A stretch of 64,000 nt of DNA from Candidatus Peregrinibacteria bacterium CG_4_9_14_0_2_um_filter_53_11 (GCA_002788775.1 PFRX01000013.1:5790-69789), one strand, 5' to 3'; shown: positions 50,238 through 60,036, counted from the first letter of the stretch. The notes: a model not told the origin generated them from the letters alone. Numbers and translations: made by a program.

Positions 50238-50876
50238 ATGAAAAGCACAGTTATTAGAAAGAGCGCGGGTATGATCACCCTCCTTCTCCTCTCGGGTCTC
50301 CTTCTGGCGGCCTGCTCAAAAGCACCAGCAACTACTAACACCCCCACAACTATGAGTGAGACCGACCAGACGCAGGCTCCACAGGCAGGCGAACAAATTG
50401 CAGTTTTGACCACGAATAAGGGCACGATCAAGCTCAAGTTCTTCCCCAAAGAGGCTCCTGAGACGACGAAAAACTTTATTGAGCTCTCAAAAAAAGGTTT
50501 TTATGATGGTTTAACCTTCCACCGAGTTATCCCCGGCTTCATGATCCAAGGAGGAGACCCCAAGGGTGATGGTACCGGCGGTGAGACCTACAAGGGCCCG
50601 GGGACCATGCTCCCCGGTGAGGTTAGCCCTGATCTCCATCATATTCACGGTGCCGTAGCTATGGCCAACCGAGCCGACCCAAATACGGCAACGAGCCAGT
50701 TCTACATCGTGCAGAATGGCGACGGTGCGGGTTTTCTTGACGGCGGGTACACGATCTTCGGACAGGCCTACGAAGGTCTCGACGTCGTTGACTCAATCGC
50801 GAATACCGAGCGTGATGCAAGCGACAAACCTCTTGAGCCGGTTATCATCGAGAAGGTCTCGATTGAGACACTCTAA
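50238..50876 (+). CDS. Cyclophilin-type peptidyl-prolyl isomerase lipoprotein
   Basis: Lipobox LLAAC; FHRVIPGFMIQGGDP, AMAN, SQFYI, YTIFGQ. Confidence 0.94.
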   Translation: MKSTVIRKSAGMITLLLLSGLLLAACSKAPATTNTPTTMSETDQTQAPQAGEQIAVLTTNKGTIKLKFFPKEAPETTKNFIELSKKGFYDGLTFHRVIPGFMIQGGDPKGDGTGGETYKGPGTMLPGEVSPDLHHIHGAVAMANRADPNTATSQFYIVQNGDGAGFLDGGYTIFGQAYEGLDVVDSIANTERDASDKPLEPVIIEKVSIETL

Positions 50877-50911
50877 AAAGCACCCGTTTTATTCCGACTT
50901 CCTAGAAACAT

Positions 50912-50942
50912 AAAAAACCACCCCCGTACGGGGGTGGTTTTT
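50912..50942. terminator. Bidirectional terminator
   Basis: Palindrome AAAAACCACCCCCGT/ACGGGGGTGGTTTTT between convergent genes. Confidence 0.9.
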
Positions 50943-50990
50943 GGTTGTGATCTCTCTCGGTCATACAGAGTACTATGTGGGTGGGCCTCC

Positions 50991-52421
50991 CTAGATGATG
51001 GGTCGTTGTGAAGCGCGGATGCCGAAGTAGAGGGCGCTAACAACGAGGAGTCCGATCAGTGTGTAAAGGACTATCTCGCCTACCGCCGACTCGCTCTCGC
51101 TGCCGACCTTAGCTTCATCCTCCTCAAGGAGGTTGAGCTCGCTCGCCAACTCACGATCCTCATCACTCAGGCCACGTGACTCGAGCTGGCCATTGGTCTG
51201 TTGCTCAATGGTGTAGCCGTCGTTTGTGGTGCTCGAACCTGCTCCGACTGCCGCCTCTTCTTCGGCAGCACGTTGGGCTTCGTACTCGGCAAGGTTAGAA
51301 CCGGCCGTGCCGACCTCGTCGCTCTTTGAACCTGTTGAGTTATCTACGGCAACGCTTCCACCCTCAGCCGGAGCGGCAAACGCTACAGTCGAGCAGTCGA
51401 TACCGCCCAGTGTGGCGTTAACTACGTAGATATTATCACCGGCTTTCGGTGTGAAGGTGAATCGGAAGCCAACTCCATCTCCGGCCAAGATAGTTCCCGA
51501 GCGGTTGAGTGTGGCCTTCTTGTCCCCTGTATACTTGGTGACTGTGCCAACGGGATCACTATTATAGAATCCGCGGATAACGTAGGGGTAGGTTCCGGGG
51601 TTGAGATCCTCATAGCTGATCGCCGCACCGACAGTTACTGACTTGTCATCATTGATTCTGGCTGCTGCGATAACCTTACAGCTCTGGTCCTCTTGTGCAA
51701 GGACTGAGTCGGAGACGGGAGGATTGCTGTTGGCGTCGGATGGATCAACCTGTCCCGCTCGAATGGCGGCCTCTGCTGCGGCTTCTGCCTCCGGTGAGAG
51801 GGTCGGCTGGCCGGCATTGGGGTCGGCGGGTTGGACCTGCGCACCATCATTCTCTTGCTGTGCTGCAGCTCCGGATGTGGTGCCACCGTTAAGAGTTGTC
51901 TGGCCCGATGCTGGCTCCTGTATGGTAAAGTTTGGATTTGTTGTGAACTCGGTGGTTCCTTTTACACCCGTTGGTGGCTTAGGCAGAACGGTTGCTACTG
52001 TTGCGGAGGTGCAGCGGACCCCACCGAGAATAGCCTGAAGGCTCACCTCCGAGTTATCTTTGATAGGGTAAGTGAAGCTGTTCTCGTAAGCTCCTTTATG
52101 GAAGACGCGACCGTCACCGGCGAAGTAAAGGGTACTTCCTCCGGCCGTGTAGAGAAGTGCCTCGGGGCCGGCTGCCTGTAGGGAGTAGGTGGCATTCCAG
52201 TTGGCGCTGCTACTCTCATAGTTAATACTGTAAGTGAGCTCATTTTTACCCACCTCTGTTAGCTTGGTTGTTGCGCTAATCCAACAGCTGAGCTGGGTTC
52301 CCTCGGTACTACCCGAAACGGAGTTACTTGAGGTGGGCGCCGCGAGCCCCGTAACTGGAAGAACAAGAAGAGCCGTCGTTAATGTAGCTGCCGCGAGGCG
52401 GCGGAGAATTGAGTTGTGCAT
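50991..52421 (-). CDS. Surface protein: signal peptide, two Cys-bracketed beta-rich repeats, C-terminal TM anchor
   Basis: MHNSILRRLAAATLTTALLVLPVTGLA signal; repeats SC...I.YE...LGG..C; IVLYTLIGLLVVSALYFGIR anchor. Confidence 0.8.
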   Translation of the reverse strand: MHNSILRRLAAATLTTALLVLPVTGLAAPTSSNSVSGSTEGTQLSCWISATTKLTEVGKNELTYSINYESSSANWNATYSLQAAGPEALLYTAGGSTLYFAGDGRVFHKGAYENSFTYPIKDNSEVSLQAILGGVRCTSATVATVLPKPPTGVKGTTEFTTNPNFTIQEPASGQTTLNGGTTSGAAAQQENDGAQVQPADPNAGQPTLSPEAEAAAEAAIRAGQVDPSDANSNPPVSDSVLAQEDQSCKVIAAARINDDKSVTVGAAISYEDLNPGTYPYVIRGFYNSDPVGTVTKYTGDKKATLNRSGTILAGDGVGFRFTFTPKAGDNIYVVNATLGGIDCSTVAFAAPAEGGSVAVDNSTGSKSDEVGTAGSNLAEYEAQRAAEEEAAVGAGSSTTNDGYTIEQQTNGQLESRGLSDEDRELASELNLLEEDEAKVGSESESAVGEIVLYTLIGLLVVSALYFGIRASQRPII

Positions 52422-52463
52422 TGTAAGAGTGGTTAAGAGGTGTCTTAGTGCGGTGATTAATAC

Positions 52464-52500
52464 AAAAAAAGGTGACAATGTGTTACATCATCACCTTTTT
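52464..52500 (-). terminator. Terminator of infC-rpmI-rplT
   Basis: AAAAAGGTGA...TCACCTTTTT inverted repeat after rplT. Confidence 0.75.
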
Positions 52501-52526
52501 AGTTGTTAGGGAATGGGCCGGGAGCT

Positions 52527-52874
52527 CTAGTTCTTAGCGGCCTTGACTACGTCCTCAAAGACGGACGGCTCATTAATGGCGAGCTCTGAGAGCATCTTCC
52601 GATTAACAATGATCTGCTTACGCGTAAGAGCATAGATAAAGCGGCTGTAGCTCATCTCGAAAGGCTTCAAAGCTGCTGATAGGCGTCCAATCCATAGGGT
52701 GCGGAAGTCTCGTTTCTTTATCTTGCGTCCGATGTAAGCGTGTTGGCCCGCTTTGAGAACGGCTCGCTTGGCAAGTTTGTAGACATTATGGCTTCGATCA
52801 CGGAAACCTTTGGCTTTCTTGAGAATTTTCTTGTGGCGCTGTTTTGTCGTTACGCCTCCTTTAACGCGTGGCAT
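52527..52874 (-). CDS. rplT: 50S ribosomal protein L20
   Basis: MPRVKGG, KKRDFRTLWI, NRKMLSELA. Confidence 0.98.
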   Translation of the reverse strand: MPRVKGGVTTKQRHKKILKKAKGFRDRSHNVYKLAKRAVLKAGQHAYIGRKIKKRDFRTLWIGRLSAALKPFEMSYSRFIYALTRKQIIVNRKMLSELAINEPSVFEDVVKAAKN

Positions 52875-52907
52875 GGTAGTAAGTGGTTATTAGTCGGGGG
52901 TTTGAAT

Positions 52908-53102
52908 CTACTTTCCTGGCAGCATTTTTGCAACATTTTTTGCATCTGCTGCATGGATGCCGAGTGGATTCGTGTCGAGCTTCTTCTGGCGCTTGCTCTT
53001 ATTGATGAGGAGGTGACGCTTTGAGGCCTTCTGGTACATGAACTTTCCTGTTCCAGTAACGCGAATGCGCTTCTTCATTCCTGAGTGAGTTTTCGCTTTC
53101 AT
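52908..53102 (-). CDS. rpmI: 50S ribosomal protein L35
   Basis: KTHSGMKKRIRVTGTGK, RHLL. Confidence 0.97.
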   Translation of the reverse strand: MKAKTHSGMKKRIRVTGTGKFMYQKASKRHLLINKSKRQKKLDTNPLGIHAADAKNVAKMLPGK

Positions 53103-53104
53103 TG

Positions 53105-53611
53105 TTAGAGTGGGTTAATCAGCATGATAATCGTGTTTCCTTGGCTTTTGGGGCCCTCCTGGACGGTTCCTTTGTCTTTGAGCATTTCTGCAAAGGCTTT
53201 CATCTGGTCGAATGCGAGTTCTTTATGAGCGCGCTCTCGGCCACGGAGTACGAGCGAGATCTTAACAATATTGCGCTTAGAAAGGAAGTTCGCGATCTTT
53301 TTTGCCTTGACCTCAAGATCGTGGAGGTCGGTTCTCATACCGATACGGATGGCCTTCACTTCAGTCTGTTTCTGAGCCTTTTTCTGCTTCTGGTCCTGCT
53401 TTTTCTGGCGGTAGAGAAACTTTCCGAAGTCTAGAATCTTGCAGACCGGAGGTGTCGCATTTGGCGAGACCTCAACGAGATCCATCTCACGTTCACGAGC
53501 GAGTTCGATCGCCTTTTCAATGGCCATAATTCCCACCTGCTCGTCCTGATCGTCGATCAGGCGAACCGTCCGAGAACGAATTCGATCGTTGACGCGAAAG
53601 TATTTAGGTAT
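53105..53611 (-). CDS. infC: Translation initiation factor IF-3 (non-AUG start)
   Basis: The frame extends past the ORF-track start to ATA 53611 (IPKYFRVNDRIRSRTVRLID); in-frame TAA at 53630-53632; DLVEVSPNATPPVCKILDFGKF. Confidence 0.93.
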   Translation of the reverse strand: MPKYFRVNDRIRSRTVRLIDDQDEQVGIMAIEKAIELAREREMDLVEVSPNATPPVCKILDFGKFLYRQKKQDQKQKKAQKQTEVKAIRIGMRTDLHDLEVKAKKIANFLSKRNIVKISLVLRGRERAHKELAFDQMKAFAEMLKDKGTVQEGPKSQGNTIIMLINPL

Positions 53612-53743
53612 ACAAGAAAAGATTAAGAATTACAAGCAGAGGAATTTTATGTCATAGAAGGCAAATAGTAAAGAGAAAGTGTGTGTTTTATGCTCTAAAC
53701 GGCCCTTTTCTTTGCCGGGACTCCACGTTAAGCTTGTCGGTGC

Positions 53744-54943
53744 ATGAACCAACGTAAAACCGAACAGGTTATGATCGGCTCGGTACCTGTGGGGGGAGGT
53801 GCTCCGATCGCCATCCAGTCGATGACAAACACCGACACCGCCGATACTAAGGCGACCGCCTCGCAAATTAAGGAACTTGTGGCCGCCGGGGCGGAGATCG
53901 TGCGCGTGACGGTGAATAACGAAGAGGCCGCCGCTGCCGTTTCCCCCTTGGTCGACTCCCTGAGAGCTGAGGGCTGTACAGCCCCGATTATTGGAGATTT
54001 TCACTTCAACGGCCATATCTTACTTGAGGCTTTTCCGGCGTGCGCCCGGGCTCTGGACAAGTACCGAATAAACCCGGGGAATGTGGGGCGTGGAGCTCTG
54101 CATGACGAGAACTTCGCCACGATGATACGGTGTGCTCTCCGATACGACAAACCGGTGAGAATTGGTGTAAATGCAGGCTCCCTCGATCCCGATCTACTGA
54201 CTCGACACATGGTCGAGAATGCCCGGCTCAAAGTCCCCCGTTCCGACTCAGAAGTTGTCTGCGGAGCTCTGGTGGCCAGCGCGCTCGACTCGGCTGCCGC
54301 TGCCGAAGAGTTGGGACTTCCTCGAAACAAGATCATTTTAAGCGTAAAAGTCTCTGAGCTTCCGGTGGTTGTGGCCGCAAATAAGGCGCTGGCTGGCTCT
54401 CCCTATCCGCTCCACCTGGGCCTTACGGAGGCGGGTATGGGCGATCAAGGCGTCGTTGCGAGTAGTGCCGCTCTGGCGGTTTTGTTGAGTCAGGGCATTG
54501 GCGATACGATTCGGATCTCTCTGACTCCTCGTCCCGGCGAGCCACGTGCCCGTGAGGTAGAGCTCTGCCGCTGGTTACTCCAGAGTATGGGGCTGAGGAG
54601 CTTTCGCCCCTCTATCACCAGCTGCCCGGGCTGTGGACGGACGACAAACGAGCGCTACCAACGGCTCGCCGAGTCTGTAACTACCTATATCGATGAGCGC
54701 CTCCCCCTCTGGGAGGTGGCAGGCAAGAAGGTCGACACGCTGAAGATTGCGGTGATGGGCTGTGTTGTCAACGGGCCCGGAGAGGCGCGCAATGCCGACC
54801 TGGGCATCAGTCTGCCCGGCAAGAGTGAGGAGCCACTCGCAGTCATCTTTAAACGGGGAGCGGTCTACAAGACGGTACGTGGCGAGTCACTTGAAGAGGC
54901 TTTTCTCCTTATTCTGGAGGAGTTCGTGCAGGACGAGTGTTAG
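53744..54943 (+). CDS. ispG: HMBPP synthase
   Basis: IQSMTNT, GDFHFN, RINPGN, RIGVNAGSL, CPGCGRT, MGCVVNGPGE. Confidence 0.96.
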   Translation: MNQRKTEQVMIGSVPVGGGAPIAIQSMTNTDTADTKATASQIKELVAAGAEIVRVTVNNEEAAAAVSPLVDSLRAEGCTAPIIGDFHFNGHILLEAFPACARALDKYRINPGNVGRGALHDENFATMIRCALRYDKPVRIGVNAGSLDPDLLTRHMVENARLKVPRSDSEVVCGALVASALDSAAAAEELGLPRNKIILSVKVSELPVVVAANKALAGSPYPLHLGLTEAGMGDQGVVASSAALAVLLSQGIGDTIRISLTPRPGEPRAREVELCRWLLQSMGLRSFRPSITSCPGCGRTTNERYQRLAESVTTYIDERLPLWEVAGKKVDTLKIAVMGCVVNGPGEARNADLGISLPGKSEEPLAVIFKRGAVYKTVRGESLEEAFLLILEEFVQDEC

Positions 54944-54974
54944 TTTGCGTCCGCTTCCTGTACACTGGGACCTT

Positions 54975-56066
54975 ATGAAGCGCATAGTCATTCTCGGCTC
55001 CACCGGCTCGATCGGGACTCAGGTACTGGACGTGGTGCGGGCTCATCCCGACGCTTTTGAAGTTATCGGAATCTCAGCTTACGAGGACAGCGCTCTACTT
55101 GAACGGCAGAACCAGGAGTTTAAGCCTCGCTATGTTGTGCAGGCCGGAATAAGTGAGAATCCCACGCAGGTTTTGTCGACTCTGGCGGCCGTTGAGGAGG
55201 CGGATATTATCGTTAACGCCATCGCAGGCTCAGCCGGTCTTTTCCCCACTCTTGCCGCTGTTCAGGCGGGGAAGACGGTTGCCCTGGCCAACAAGGAGTC
55301 ACTGGTTATGGCCGGTGAGCTCGTGATGCAGACGGCGCGGCGGATGGGGGGGCGGATACTCCCCATTGATTCAGAGCCATCAGCAATCTGGCAGGCTCTC
55401 CTGGCTCGCAGCGAGGCCGTTTCCGAGCCAACTATCGATGGAGTTGAGAAGGTAATTCTTACTGCTTCGGGAGGGCCCTTCTGGCGGTGGAATCGCCAAA
55501 ATCTCGAGCACGTGACCTTGGAAGAGGCGCTCAAGCATCCCACCTGGCAGATGGGTGAGAAGATCTCCGTCGATAGTGCGACCCTCATGAACAAGGCCTT
55601 TGAGATAATCGAAACCAAGCAGCTTTTCGGTCTGCAAGCCGAGAAGATCGACGTGACTATCCATCGTCAGAGTTTGGTGCACTCATTTGTTCAGTATGAT
55701 GATGGAAACATGCATGCGGTCTTGGCCCCGACCGATATGCGTATCCCCACTCACTACGCACTTTTTTATCCCAACCGCCAGAAAAACTCTCTGCCGCGTA
55801 TCGACCTTTCTCAGCTTACGCTCACCTTTGAGGCTCCTGACTACTCAATCTTTGAGGGCCCCAAGCTGGCCTACGAGGTTATCAAGGCGGGTGGCCTTAT
55901 GCCTGCCATCTTCTGCCTTGCGGATGAGCGGGCGGTCCGACGTTTTTGTGACGGCGAGATCGGTTTCTTGGATATTTACGACGAGATAAAACGAGCACTC
56001 GACGAGGCGCGTAATGAGGAGCTTACTCTCGACTCACTCCGCGAGCTCATAAGCCGTATGGTATAG
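54975..56066 (+). CDS. dxr: 1-deoxy-D-xylulose 5-phosphate reductoisomerase
   Basis: LGSTGSIG, ANKESLV, PIDSE, LTASGGPF, HPTWQMGEKISVDSATLMNK; start at ATG 54975. Confidence 0.95.
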   Translation: MKRIVILGSTGSIGTQVLDVVRAHPDAFEVIGISAYEDSALLERQNQEFKPRYVVQAGISENPTQVLSTLAAVEEADIIVNAIAGSAGLFPTLAAVQAGKTVALANKESLVMAGELVMQTARRMGGRILPIDSEPSAIWQALLARSEAVSEPTIDGVEKVILTASGGPFWRWNRQNLEHVTLEEALKHPTWQMGEKISVDSATLMNKAFEIIETKQLFGLQAEKIDVTIHRQSLVHSFVQYDDGNMHAVLAPTDMRIPTHYALFYPNRQKNSLPRIDLSQLTLTFEAPDYSIFEGPKLAYEVIKAGGLMPAIFCLADERAVRRFCDGEIGFLDIYDEIKRALDEARNEELTLDSLRELISRMV

Positions 56067-56101
56067 TGTGGGCCTTTTAAAAAGGCCTGAGTAGGCCAAC
56101 T

Positions 56102-57385
56102 ATGAACAGAGTTTTTCTTCTGGCTGCGGGGAGTGGTAAAAGATTTGGCGGTGATAAGCTACGTCTCAGCCTTGGTGGCCAGCCGGTTTTTGCTCATGCG
56201 CTGGAGGTCTTTGAGAAGCTGGATGAGGTGGATGAGATTTATATCGCCGTTCGTGAAGGGGAGCAGCCAGAGTTTGAGGCCTTCGTGCAAACTGCGGGTT
56301 GGCACAAAGTATGTGGAGTTTTTGCAGGTGGAGAGGGTCGCTTGGAGTCGGTTCAACGTCTCGTCTCGGCTGTTGGGCCGAGCTATCAAGACCATGACTA
56401 TTTGATTATCCATAACGCTGCAAATCCCTTTGCGGAGGGGGATGAGGTGAGGCGGGCCCTAGCCGCGTGCAGGCCACCGGTTCGAGGTGTTGCCGTGGGG
56501 CGACCGGTCCAAAATACGATCAAGCGGCTGGGAGCTGAGGGAAGGGTTGAGGAGACCGTGGCTCGTGAGCAGTTGTGGGAGGTGGAGACGCCTCAGGTGG
56601 TTCATGCACTGAGTTTTACTCAGGCGCTGCGTCGACTGGGGCCGCTCGTGACTTCCACTCCCGAGCGGCTTACGGATGACCTTTCAGTTCTTGAGGCTGC
56701 GGGTTTTGAGACTCGGGTTGTTGAGGTTGGCTCAATCTGGAATAGGAAGCTGACAACTCATTTTGAGCTGGCCGCCTTCCGCTGGAAAGGTGGAGAGCCG
56801 AGTGAGGCCCAGAGTGTCGGGATTGGCGAGGATGGACATGCCTACGGAGGATTAGTCGCGGCGGAAGTTTCTGCTCTTCCTCTGCCGGGCGGATTGCCGG
56901 TTGAGATGTCGGGCTCGGGTGGTGTACTGGCCGGAGTCAGATTTGAGGAGGTGCCCGCGGTTGAGGCTGAGTCGGATGGAGATGTTATCCTTCATGCCCT
57001 CTGCAACGCCCTCTCATCCTCAATAGGCGAGTGCTCGCTCGGGGGCTATGCGACACCGCTCTGCCGAAACGGCGTTACCGATAGCCGTGAGTACCTGGCC
57101 CTCATTCTTCAAAAAGTTGCCGCTGCGGGCCTCTCACTGATCCACTGTTCACTCTCAATCGAGGCTCTTCATCCTAAAATAGACCCACTCGTGCCCGCCC
57201 TAAAAAACTCGCTCTCTCAGCTGCTGGGTCTCTCCCTGGAGCGTATTGGTATAACCGCAACAACCGGAGGTGGGACACGCTTTATTAAAGGGAATGATGG
57301 GATATACTGTCGTGTAGTCGTCCTCCTAGCGCGTTCGTGTTTTTTTCCCCCTTATGCTGAAAATACAGGCACACGCCAAAGTTAA
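56102..57385 (+). CDS. ispDF: Bifunctional IspD/IspF (divergent)
   Basis: LAAGSGKRFG, ETPQ, TDD, NRKLTT (IspD); GIGEDGH, SDGDVILHA, GITATT (IspF). Confidence 0.85.
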   Translation: MNRVFLLAAGSGKRFGGDKLRLSLGGQPVFAHALEVFEKLDEVDEIYIAVREGEQPEFEAFVQTAGWHKVCGVFAGGEGRLESVQRLVSAVGPSYQDHDYLIIHNAANPFAEGDEVRRALAACRPPVRGVAVGRPVQNTIKRLGAEGRVEETVAREQLWEVETPQVVHALSFTQALRRLGPLVTSTPERLTDDLSVLEAAGFETRVVEVGSIWNRKLTTHFELAAFRWKGGEPSEAQSVGIGEDGHAYGGLVAAEVSALPLPGGLPVEMSGSGGVLAGVRFEEVPAVEAESDGDVILHALCNALSSSIGECSLGGYATPLCRNGVTDSREYLALILQKVAAAGLSLIHCSLSIEALHPKIDPLVPALKNSLSQLLGLSLERIGITATTGGGTRFIKGNDGIYCRVVVLLARSCFFPPYAENTGTRQS

Positions 57386-58178
57386 CCTGACCCTCGACGT
57401 ATTTGAGGCCGAGGCATCCGGCTATCATAAGATGCAGAGCCTCCTCTACGAACTGCCCGACCTTTTCGATGAGCTCACCATTGAAGAGTCAGGGGAGCTC
57501 CCTCCCGGCTCGATCGAGCTCGTCTGTGAGACTCCCGGAGTTCCAACTCATCGTGAGGGCTCCCCGCTCCTCAGGGCGGCTCACGAGCTTCGCGAACTCA
57601 CTCAGGGGGCTCGCCCCATTCGCCTGACTCTCAAGAAAAAAATCCCCATCGCCGCCGGCCTTGGTGGAGGTTCTTCCGACACCGCCGCGGCACTTCGCGG
57701 GCTGGCTCAGCTGTGGAGTATTCCTTGCTGTTCACTCGCCTCTCCGCTCGCTCGCCCACACGATCCCGACTGTCTCTTGGTGAAGATCGCCGCTCGACAC
57801 GGTATGGATGCTCCCTTCTTTCTTGTCGGGGGGGCGGCTCTGGCTACTCACTATGGGGAAGAGGTTATGCCCCTTTCCTCAGACCTCCACGGCCTTAAAA
57901 TTCGAGTAGTCGAGACGGGTCTGGCTAGCCCAACCGCCGAGGCCTACCGACTCCTTGATGGTCTGCCCCATGGGCGCGAGGCCTCTTCCACTGAGGCTGC
58001 ACTGGCGGCTCTCAAAGCGGGCGATCGGGAATCTCTCAAGCACTCTCTTCATAACGACTTCGAACCGGCCATCTTCGCCGCCTTCCCCGCACTTGAGTAT
58101 AGGAAAAAGGAGCTCGAGAGAGGTGGAGCGATCGTTATGCTTGCCGGCTCGGGGGGTGCTCTGCTGGTTATCGATTAG
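57354..58178 (+). CDS. ispE: 4-diphosphocytidyl-2-C-methyl-D-erythritol kinase
   Basis: AHAKVNLTL, KKIPIAAGLGGGSSD, HNDFE, AGSG. Confidence 0.92.
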   Translation: MLKIQAHAKVNLTLDVFEAEASGYHKMQSLLYELPDLFDELTIEESGELPPGSIELVCETPGVPTHREGSPLLRAAHELRELTQGARPIRLTLKKKIPIAAGLGGGSSDTAAALRGLAQLWSIPCCSLASPLARPHDPDCLLVKIAARHGMDAPFFLVGGAALATHYGEEVMPLSSDLHGLKIRVVETGLASPTAEAYRLLDGLPHGREASSTEAALAALKAGDRESLKHSLHNDFEPAIFAAFPALEYRKKELERGGAIVMLAGSGGALLVID

Positions 58179-58267
58179 CCGCTCGCCGCCACTCGGGTAA
58201 GTCACCGCTCGGTAGCCCCGGCCACAGGTGAACAAGCCGGCACGGTAGTCTGCTTCGGGCTATTGGC

Positions 58268-58876
58268 CTACTCGTAGGGCTGGCGTCCCTTCATGGCTCG
58301 GCCGAGGGTTACCTCATCCGCATACTCGAGGTCTGCTCCCACAGGTATACCGGTGGCGATTCTGGTAATACGGACCTTGTAAGGGTGCAGGAGTTTCTGG
58401 AGGTAGATCGCCGTCGCCTCCCCCTCACTACTGGGGTTGGTCGCAAGGATTATCTCCACCGGCTCCTCCGATTCCCGGAGGCTTACAAGTCGGTTCACCA
58501 GCTCGTTTATTTTAAGGTTCTCGGGGAGGACGTTGTCCAGAGGTGCGATACGTCCGTGGAGAATATGATAGACGCCGTGGAACTCGCGTGAGCGCTCGAT
58601 CGCCTCGGCGTCAAAAACATGTTCCACCACACAGATTACGTGCTGTTCACGTCGCAGGTCGCTGCAAATAAGGCAGAGCTCGTCGTCTGAGAGCATGCAA
58701 CACTGCCGGCAGAACTGTACCTCCTCTCGAAGGCGAATAAGTGAGTCGCCGAGCTCTTGAGCGAGTGAGCGGTGCGACCGCAGCAGGTAGTAGGCATAGC
58801 GCTGAGCCGTCTTTTCGCCGATACCGGGAAGTTTAGCCAGTGCGGTAATGAGTTTTTTGACGGACTTGGGCAGCAT
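58268..58876 (-). CDS. recR: Recombination mediator RecR
   Basis: LPGIGEKTAQR, C4 Zn finger, ATNPSSEGEATA, LEYADEVTL. Confidence 0.97.
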   Translation of the reverse strand: MLPKSVKKLITALAKLPGIGEKTAQRYAYYLLRSHRSLAQELGDSLIRLREEVQFCRQCCMLSDDELCLICSDLRREQHVICVVEHVFDAEAIERSREFHGVYHILHGRIAPLDNVLPENLKINELVNRLVSLRESEEPVEIILATNPSSEGEATAIYLQKLLHPYKVRITRIATGIPVGADLEYADEVTLGRAMKGRQPYE

Positions 58877-58880
58877 GCGA

Positions 58881-59441
58881 TCAGCGCGTTACGAGGTGGA
58901 GGAACTCACTTCGGGTATTAAGATTCTTTTTGAAGAGTCCGACCATCGCTGACGTTACCACGTTTGCCCCCTGCTTTTCTACGCCTCGTGCCATGACGCA
59001 GAGGTGCTGAGCTTCAAGTACGACTCCCACACCGCGAGGGTTCAAAAGCTCCTTAAGTGTATCGGCGATCTGTTTGGTAAGGCGCTCTTGGTTCTGCAGA
59101 CGACGGGCGAAGATGTCGACGAGGCGAGGAATTTTCGAGAGACCGATAATATGTCCGTCGGGGATGTAGCCGATATGTGCCTTTCCAAAAAATGGGAGCA
59201 TGTGATGCTCGCAGGTTGAGTAGAACTCAATATCTTTCATGACGATCATCTCGTCGTAGTTTTCAGCCTCAAAAGTAGTAACGACTTCTTTGGGATCTTT
59301 ACCATAACCCGCAAAGATCTTGTCGAAGGCGCGTCGAGCTCGCTCGGGTGTTTTTTTGAGGCCCTCTCGCTCAGGGTCTTCGCCGAACGATGTGAGCATT
59401 TTCTTTATGGCCAGTTCAGTCTCGTTCATGTCGTTATGCAT
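58881..59441 (-). CDS. folE: GTP cyclohydrolase I
   Basis: REGLKKTPER, CEHHMLPF, GLSK, RRLQNQERLT, HLC..ARG. Confidence 0.96.
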   Translation of the reverse strand: MHNDMNETELAIKKMLTSFGEDPEREGLKKTPERARRAFDKIFAGYGKDPKEVVTTFEAENYDEMIVMKDIEFYSTCEHHMLPFFGKAHIGYIPDGHIIGLSKIPRLVDIFARRLQNQERLTKQIADTLKELLNPRGVGVVLEAQHLCVMARGVEKQGANVVTSAMVGLFKKNLNTRSEFLHLVTR

Positions 59442-60036
59442 AATGATGTACCAGTGAGATAAAATAAGCGTGGAGGCGAGTATCGTCGGTTAGTTCCGGA
59501 TGGAACATTGTAGCAAGAATCCCTCGTTCGCGCACCATAACGGGCTCGCCCTCATACTCGGCCAGAACCTCAACTCCCCTTCCAACTCGGCGGATGCGTG
59601 GGGCACGTATAAAGAAAACAGGGGCGGGTTCCGGGCCCAAAACGGGAATCTCGAGTGCGGTTTCAAAGCTCTCAGCCTGATGGCCATAAGCATTTCGTTC
59701 GATGGTAATATCCAGGAGTTTCAGACTCTGAGGAGGACGATTTTCGACCTCTTTCGCAAGAAGAATGGCTCCCGCACAACTCCCCCAGATCACGAGGGGG
59801 TGTTTTTTCGAGAGGGCTCGTTTCTTAATCGCCAGGTCGAGCTTGTTGGTGATGAGAAGTTTGCTTATTGTTGTCGACTCACCGCCGGGAATAATCAGTC
59901 CGGCTACCTTATCCAGCTCGTTCTCAGTACGTACCTCAAGAACCTGCGCACCACATTTTTTGAGCGCCTGTACATGCTCGATAACCGAGCCCTGAATAGC
60001 CAAAACACCGATAGAAAACCGACTCTTTGTTGACAC
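59434..60036 (-). CDS. pdxT: PLP synthase glutaminase subunit
   Basis: GVLAIQG, PGGEST, GSCAG, RNAYG, FIRAP, FHPEL. Confidence 0.96.
   Translation of the reverse strand: MSTKSRFSIGVLAIQGSVIEHVQALKKCGAQVLEVRTENELDKVAGLIIPGGESTTISKLLITNKLDLAIKKRALSKKHPLVIWGSCAGAILLAKEVENRPPQSLKLLDITIERNAYGHQAESFETALEIPVLGPEPAPVFFIRAPRIRRVGRGVEVLAEYEGEPVMVRERGILATMFHPELTDDTRLHAYFISLVHHYA

Noticed and set aside
54762-54974. Long N-terminal extensions in the ORF track (dxr; also murD, pepA, rny, pdxS, dciA, lipA)
   Set aside because: Artefacts of taking the first possible start; homology and -10 position support downstream ATGs.
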